A stretch of DNA of 64,000 nucleotides, from positions 87,420,001 through 87,484,000 of the forward strand of contig OX597818.1 in assembly GCA_951406725.2 (NCBI GenBank), in the 5' to 3' direction. This stretch comes from Octopus vulgaris. Its lineage: Eukaryota. Below the pieces are notes generated by a model. That model saw only the letters and a list, made by a program, of their open reading frames with translations. It did not search any database and was not told the DNA's origin. Numbering within the stretch: position 1 is the stretch's first letter; each line of letters opens with the position of its first letter. Positions 56,307 through 64,000 of the stretch are shown piece after piece. A program made the translations under genes and the position numbers.

Positions 56307-57204
56307 TATGCACATACATACATATATGTTCATTCAGATTGATGGATGAGGTAAACAAAGGAACCATATTTTGATGCTAATATGGATATCGAGAAATTAA
56401 AATGATTTTTGAAAGAAAATTCACTTATACACACACATACACTCACCTACACACACATATGAATATGTATATAACAATCTATATAATATAATATATAATA
56501 TATATATGTATGTACACACACGTATATATAATATATAAATGTATGCATATAAATATATATAATATATATATATGTATATATATGTATATATATATAACAT
56601 ACATAGTTCAAATACATGCATACTCATGTACATACATACATACATACATACATAAATACACAAACACACACATATATATCATATATATATATATACATAT
56701 ACATACATATATATACACACATATATATACACACATACATATACCCTCTCACACGCTCAAATACATACGCTCATTTTCAAAAATATCTTCAAATAAGTAT
56801 TTGCATAAATTTACGCAGATTCTATGCTTCTATATCAAAAATACAATAAAAATATTCCCAAAATATACATACATTTATTAATACACATTCACACACTCAA
56901 ATACGCAGACACAGGCACATTGTGATGGGCATACGCGCATGCACACGCAGATGCGCATATATACACACATATGTATATGTGTGTAAATACATATATTCAT
57001 ATACATGTAAATATGTATATAAACATGCATTAATTTCATTTGTGTTTTAACCTTGGAGTTTACCTTATAAAGCTCGTCCACGTATCGGCTATCAGATACT
57101 ATTATTCAACGAAAATGGATCGCTTCACTGATGTTATATGAGCAAATCGATTCTTACATATTCCTAAAGATATTTGTTTTGTTTTGCTGGAATAAGACTG
57201 ATTC

Positions 57205-57352
57205 GATGTATCGTTAGCACGCTGGGCAAAATGTATCAGGGCATTTCGTTCGTCTTTACGCTTTGAGTTCAAATTCCGCTGTGGTTGATTTTGCCTTCGA
57301 CCTTTCGGAGTTGATAACAAAAATAGCAGATATGCAATTGGATCGATGTAAA
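57205..57352 (+). mobile_element. SINE family A, diverged
   Basis: CGTTAGCACGCTGGGCAAAATG...GAGTTCAAATTCCG. Confidence 0.75.
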
Positions 57353-57478
57353 CAATTTTTTTCCTTCACCGAAATCGATGGTCTTGTCATATTATAGCAT
57401 TCCAACAATAACCTTCGACCGAAACAGTTATAGAAATATGCAACAAGCGTGTTTCACATTCCATTCTCCCTGTTATTG

Positions 57479-57576
<98 letters not shown>

Positions 57577-58046
57577 CATACAAGTAACACATTCCCTAAA
57601 TACCAATCTTGAGAAATTAGGCTTCTCAAAATCAGAAAGGAAAAAGCTAATTTGAAGACTACAGATCCAATCCATGATAGGAACTGTAAAAATCTGTAAA
57701 CCCTTCCAGAAGTTTATAATTGAAATATATAGGAGCATGTCTAGATATGCAAGTATATGAATGAGGAGACATGCATAAAACAAAACATACAAACCTGTGC
57801 GTATACATACATACATAATATATGCATACATAATACAAACATAACCTGTTGCTGCTATTGAAATTCCAATGAAGGAACCTTGGATCTAGGTTAGAAACCG
57901 GGTCATTCTAGGTTAGAAACTAGAAATCTTGACATAAAACTGAATAATTACCTATATATACCTACATACATGCATACATACGTACATACATACATATACA
58001 TATATACGTACATATATATACATACATACATACATACATACATACA

Positions 58047-58130
<84 letters not shown>

Positions 58131-58545
58131 TATATATATAGGAGTGCTTACTTGTACACTTGTAAACTTGATAAAATCTGTAAATATCTCATGAACACCA
58201 TTACCACCAACTTCATCGTTATAATCAACAACAACAACAACAACAATAATCTGAAGCTGTTAACTGCCTCTTCTATATTTCCCCTTGATGTAAAATGACT
58301 GTGGAAAAAAAACCCCATCAACTCTCTCTTAACAAAATGATGCGACTCTGGCATGCGGAATTTGAGACCATTAACTTCATGATTTTTTTCAAGGGCTTCC
58401 TCGATTCAATATGTACGCGCAGTAACTCCAGCTTGAAACCGAAACCGAGTTTCTGAATTTGTTTCGGCTGAATATTTTAACCGTGGACTTATGCGTTCCG
58501 TTTGCTCTAAAAATATGTTCTCTCACATTATTGGAACGCCATCAG

Positions 58546-58870
58546 GAAGGTGCATAGTTTAGTGGTAAGGGTTATTCGGCTCACAGTCGTAAGACCACGA
58601 GTTCGATTCCCGGTGAGCGTTGTGTTCTTGAGCGAAACACTTAATTTCACGTTGCTCCAGTTCACTCAGCTGGCAAAAACGAGTTGTTTCTGCAAATCAA
58701 AGGGCCAGCCATATCACCTTCTATGTCACGCTGCGTCTCCCTGGGAACTACGTTAAGGGCACGCGTCGTGACTGTGGAGTGCTCAGCCACTTGTACGTTA
58801 ATTTCACAAGCAGGCTGTTCCGCTGGTCGGGTAAACTAGAACACTCATCGTCTTAACCGACGGAGAGCCA
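58546..58870 (+). mobile_element. SINE family C
   Basis: GAGTTCGATTCCC B-box, CORE-like region, AACCGACGGAGAGCCA end. Confidence 0.9.
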
Positions 58871-59077
58871 CAAGATATGAATTGTTATGATGTTCACCTC
58901 CCAGACGTCCAACAACATGCCTGCGGTTTAAAATATATGAAAGGCTACGTTTAAGAAATCGAAATTGGATTGTTGATTTGGCTCACCTCAAACACATTCT
59001 CTAATTTCGTAGGGCATCGATTTTATTAGAAACAAAGCTATAGATGAGGTTTGGTGGCGTTCATACCTTTTTCAAGT

Positions 59078-59294
59078 GTTAGCATGCCGGACAAAAAGCT
59101 TGGCGGTATTTTGTCCGTCTTTACGTGCTCAGTTCAAATTCCACCGAGGTTGACTTTGCTTTTCATCATTTCGTGGTCGGTAAGATAAGTCTCAGTTACG
59201 CACTGGGTCGATGTAAGCGACTAGCCTCTCCTCCTAAATTACTGGCTCTGTGCCAAAATTCGAAACCCATTATTATTATTATTATTATTATTAA

Positions 59295-59357
<63 letters not shown>

Positions 59358-59939
59358 GGCGGCAAGCTGGCAGAATCGCTAGCTCATCAGAACAAAATGC
59401 TTAGCCGTATTTTGTCCGTCTGCACGTTCTGAGTTCAAATTCCGTCGGGGTTGTATTTGCCTTGCTTCCTTTCGGCATCGATAAAATAAATACCAATGAA
59501 ACATTGGAGTCGCTGTAACTGACTAGTCTCCTCCCCACACCCATATTTCAGGCTGTGAGCCTTTAGTAGAAAGGATTATCATTATTATTGTTGTTATTTC
59601 CGCCGAGGTCGACTTTGCCATTCATCCTTTCTGGGTCGATAAATTAAGTACCAGTTACGCGCTGGGGTCGATGCAATCGATTATCCCCTCCCTCACATTT
59701 AAAGCCTTGTGCCTATAGTAGAAAGGATTATCATTGTTGTTATTAAGGTGGAGAGTTGGCAGAATCGTTGGACAAGATGCTTAGCGGTATTTCTTCCGGC
59801 TCTTTACGCTCCGAATTAAAATTCCGCCGAGTTCGACTATGCCCTTCATCTTTTCAGAGTCGATAAAAATAATGTACCAGTCAATTAGACTAACCTCCTC
59901 CATAAAATTGCTGGCCTTGTGCCCAAATTAATAAGAAAC
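59078..59939 (+). mobile_element. Head-to-tail cluster of four SINE family A copies separated by (ATT)n tails
   Basis: Copies at ~59078-59267, 59357-59578, 59598-59728, 59745-59939. Confidence 0.88.
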
Positions 59940-59955
59940 TTCATCATCATCAACA

Positions 59956-60379
59956 GCAGGAGTGGCTGTGTGGTAAGTGGCTATAGGCGCAGGAGTGGCC
60001 GTGTGGTAAGTAGCTTGCTAACTAACCAGATGGTTCTGGGTGGCACCTCGGGCAAGTGTCTTCTACTATAGCCTCGGGCTGACCAAAGCCTTGTGAGTGG
60101 ATTTGGTAGATGGAAACTGAAAGAAGCCAATCGTATATATATATGTATGTATGTATTTTTGTGTATATGTTTGTGTGTCTGTGCTTGTCCTCCCAACATC
60201 GCTTGACAAGCGATGCTGGTGTGTTTACTTCCCCGTAACTTAGCGGTTCGGCAAAAAAGACCGATAGAATAAGTACTAGGCTTACAAAGAATAAGTCCTG
60301 GGGTCGATTTGCTCGACTAAAGGCTGTGCTCCAGCATGGCCACAGTCAAATGACTGAAACAAGTAAAAGAGTAAAAGAG
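59956..60379 (+). mobile_element. SINE family B with duplicated 5' head
   Basis: GCAGGAGTGGCYGTGTGGTAAGT twice, then full body and AGTAAAAG tail. Confidence 0.92.
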
Positions 60380-60489
60380 CAGTTTATCGACATTGTTCTT
60401 TCTCGTGTTTCGAATCATTTAAGAAGTGAAATGCAAATCTCTGCGCTTTTGGATAGGAAGGCAGCCTATCGTCTGTAAACTTTTCATGC

Positions 60490-60600
60490 AACAGAATCTC
60501 AACTCTTTGCTTCAATCCAACTGGACACCCATCAATTATGAACTATGTCATGCCATGGGATCCCCACTCTCAATTGAGTAATATTACCCTTGTAATACAG
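60490..60600 (+). pseudogene. Possible RT relic
   Basis: YELCHAMGSPLS resembles the PLE RT motif G.AMGSPLS. Confidence 0.3.
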
Positions 60601-62044
60601 AGCGTGTCTTAGGGAATTTTAGACCTAGTGGAGCCATACATCTCGAGGTCCGATCGCTGAGAAGAAAAAGAAAGGAAGAATAGGAAATAACAAATGAAGA
60701 AGGAAAGAAAAATGTGCCCCAAGAATGGGCACTATATTTATCGACTCTGAAACAAACAAAAAAAAAAAAACGATGTAAAATTGAATCTCGGTCGGATTTG
60801 AACCCAAAACAAAAAGAGCTAGAGCATAGAGTGATTGCTGAAAACAATCTAACCGAAACGCTAAAGGTTTTTATTAATTGGTCATCTACATCGAACTATC
60901 GTATTCCAATTGCCTTCATTTTTTAATGATCTAGTAGATGAGTTGCCTATCGACACAGCACAGTTAGTTACCCGGTCGAAGAGAAATTACTTCCCTTGGA
61001 TAAGAAGGTAACTCTCCGAATGAAATCATACGTACAACACAAATTCAAGTCGCATTCTTTTGCTTTTACATCTCCGTCTCTCTTTAATTCTCACACTCAT
61101 ACGTTCACTTACTCTCTTTCGTTCTTCCTTCTTTTCTTTCTTTCTTTCTTTTTCTCACACGCACGCGCACTCACTCTTTAGAGGCGCACACATTCACTCA
61201 CGCACTCTTTACGCGCACAACAGACATACACACACATGAATGAATGCGTGTAATATATGTTTTCTCATACACTCGAACATTTCCCCCTTTCGTCCTCTCT
61301 CTATGTATGCATTTACGTGTGTTTGTTTGTGTGTATGTTTTGTATGTATGTGTGTGTGTATGTGTGTGTGCATATACGTGTTTATGCAAACATACTTACA
61401 TACTCACACACATACATACATATAAACTTTTTCTCCTCACACTTCACCTTCACGTTTCTTTCCATCTCACTTTCCTTCTCTCCATCAGCTCGTTGCTCCT
61501 CAGTTTCCGACCCACCTCTCACCCCGATCACACTGTCTCCATGATGTACACACACGCACTACCGCAGGCGGCACAGAAAGTTCTTCTCAATTAACGAGTG
61601 CACTTCCTCTTGACATTTTCTGCATCAGTGCACACCATTGCACATCAGCAAAACACATTCACACTGTACGATTTTCTGATGAGAAATCTCGCAATTTCGC
61701 GAAAGATTTGTTGGAAATTTCGTTTGAAGAACACACAAGTTGCTAACATTCCCTGCGCAATATACAGAAGAAGTGAAATAAGAAAGATAAAAAATAAAAA
61801 TAATTAATAGAAAATACACACAAAAAAAAAGAAATTTAAAACCTCAATTAAAATAGAACTAGGAACGAAATATAATGAAAAACATGGCTTCAAATTTAGG
61901 AACATAGCCAGGAATTTTCAGGGATAGGAGCTAGCCGGTGTCATCGACTATACTTCATCTTGACTGGTACTTTACTGTTTCGACCTGGAAAGGTGAAAGG
62001 AAAAGTTGGCGTTGGCGGTTTTTGTACTAAAAACATTGGGTTGG

Positions 62045-62170
62045 ATTGGATTCCTCACGTTCAGTCGCCTGCAGGACGAAGGCCGCAGTATAGTCTCTCC
62101 ACCAACCACGGTTCGATGTGGAGGCCATGAATTTGAGCTTGAGATCTGGTTCGATATAGCTTGATACAAG
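62045..62170 (-). mobile_element. Possible RTE LINE 3' end fragment
   Basis: Minus strand WRDYTAAFVLQATE resembles RTE ORF2 termini. Confidence 0.35.
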
Positions 62171-62198
62171 GGTGCAATTTTATATACTCATAATTATT

Positions 62199-62484
62199 GG
62201 CTTAGTGATTAGGGGATCGTAAGGTTTCGATTTCAATTCCCGGCTGCGCGTTGTGTCTTTGAGCAAGAAACTTTATTTCCCGTTTCTCCAGTTCACTCAG
62301 CTGGCAAAAATGAATAGTGTCTGTATTTCAAAGAACCAGCCTATTCACATTCCTTGTCACGTTGAATATCCCATCTCTTGTCTGCGGAGTGCTCAGCCAC
62401 TTGCGCATTAATTTCACGAGGAGGCAGTTCCGTTGATCGGATGAACTGGAACCCTCGTCATTGTAACCGACTGAGTACCAGTGC
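62199..62484 (+). mobile_element. SINE family C with 10-bp target-site duplication
   Basis: CATAATTATT at 62189-62198 and 62485-62494; decayed family A pieces flank it (~61889-62030 and ~62498-62612). Confidence 0.85.
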
Positions 62485-62699
62485 CATAATTATTTTAGCG
62501 AAAGTATGAAAGGCTAAATCGTCCTCGGCAGAATTTTAACTGAGAATAAAACGATGGGCGAAATACTGCTAGGCCTTTTTATCCTCGTGCTAACGATTCT
62601 GCCAGCTCAGCCTTACTCAGAAAGTAAAGGGCCGAAAGAAGCACTTTTTAAGGATCTAACGATTTTCCAGCTGGCTGCCCTGAAATATAATGCAAGCCA

Positions 62700-63192
62700 T
62701 CTTATAATAACCTTGTTTGTTCGTCCGTTACTTAGCCCGTCCGTAACGCTTCTACGTGATAACTTGAAGGGGTGAGGAGGGGGAGGGGAGAGAAGTGGGG
62801 GAAAGGAAAATGGTGGTGAGTGAATTTAAAAAATGTTTAAACTAATTTTTTTCCTTCGTTACTTGGCCCGTCTGTAATGCTTTCACGTGATTAGTTGAAG
62901 AGAAAAGCGAAAGAAAAAGGTGGGAGAAAAAGAGGGTAAGGCGAAGAGGGAGAGAGAAAGCGGGAGAGTGTTGTGTATTAAGTCTATAAAATTGTACATA
63001 AAGTATATAAAATGTATATATAAAGTACATTAAGAAATCATCGTATTCCAATTGCCTTCATTTTTTAATGATTAGTAGATGAGTGATACAGACACAGCAC
63101 AGGTTACCCTTTCAGGTTTCTTAGATAAAGTTTTCAGAAATAACCCAAGAAGTTTATCAGTAATTCCGTGAAATATTCACGGGTTCCGCTAG
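62700..63192 (+). mobile_element. Non-autonomous Helitron
   Basis: A|TCTTATAATAA 5' end; hairpin CCGTGA/TCACGG (63166-63182) shortly before CTAG|T; inserted between A and T with no TSD. Confidence 0.85.
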
Positions 63193-63209
63193 TACTAATA
63201 ATTCGTTCT

Positions 63210-63392
63210 AATTTTTGGCAAAGGATGAGCAATTTTGATTACTTCGACCTCAGTGCTAAATTGGTACTTATTTTATCTCCTTATAGGTAAGGTCATCGTT
63301 TGTGATATTTGAAACCCAAATGTAAAGCCGGAGGAAATGTTGCTAAGCAGTTTGTCCGACGCGCTTAACGATTTTGTCAGCCCGTCGACCTT
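63210..63392 (-). mobile_element. SINE family A, heavily diverged
   Basis: TCGACCTCAGTG...TGGTACTTATTTTATC...GCTAAGCA...AACGATTTTGTCAGC. Confidence 0.6.
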
Positions 63393-63673
63393 GGAAATAG
63401 CTCGTCTAAAACAAAGCATCAACAACAAAGAAATCATTAAAAAAAAAGATGATAGTACACACGATGCGGAATCTGAAATGACTTTAACGATTTAAATTTA
63501 GCTATCAGTTTTATTTTCTTTCGTTTAATGAATTTCAATTTGGTTTCAAAATTTGATTTGCGTCTACAAAATATTTTTTTCGACCAATTTTCTTCCTTGC
63601 CATGCTCATATTCTCTGACACTCAATTTTCCATTTATGAAAATTTGAAATCTGAAATTTCAGACCATTAACGG

Positions 63674-63721
<48 letters not shown>

Positions 63722-63802
63722 ACGCACGCACGCACGCACACGCACACGCACATGCACACGCGCGCACACACACACGTACACACATTATCATCATCATCAT
63801 CA

Positions 63803-63835
<33 letters not shown>

Positions 63836-63836
<1 letters not shown>

Positions 63837-64000
63837 AGGCGACGAGCTGGCAGAATCGTTAGCATGCTGGACGAAATGGTTATCGGTATTTCGTCCGTTG
63901 CTCCGTTCTGAATTCAAATTGCACCGAGGTCGACATTACCTTTTATCCTCTTAGGGTCGATAAAATAAGTACCATTTGAACACTGGCGTCAATGTAATCG
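63836..64000 (+). mobile_element. SINE family A (runs off window end)
   Basis: AAGGCGACGAGCTGGCAGAATCGTTAGC head directly after (ATT)n. Confidence 0.88.

Overview
Eukaryotic, AT-rich, gene-free 64 kb window dominated by microsatellites and transposon relics. The tRNA-headed SINE families and the extreme (TA)n/(CA)n/(TATC)n density point to an octopus (coleoid cephalopod) intronic or intergenic region; this is inferred from sequence character, not from a database search. No host protein-coding gene or RNA gene is supported, and nearly all ORF-track entries are translated microsatellites. Recognisable content: about 30 SINE copies in four families (labelled A-D here); decayed Penelope-like element (PLE) RT and GIY-YIG fragments; PLE-type repeats carrying hammerhead-ribozyme motifs; a CR1 LINE 3' end sharing its tail with SINE B; RTE LINE fragments; an internally deleted mariner interrupted by a (TTAGGG)n tract; a hAT/BED fragment; a clean non-autonomous Helitron; and a second putative Helitron enclosing a 147-bp tandem array. 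The most notable signals are the hammerhead motifs with covarying stems, the satellite-carrying Helitron, the telomeric insertion in the mariner, and the SINE-LINE tail sharing and modular SINE architecture.
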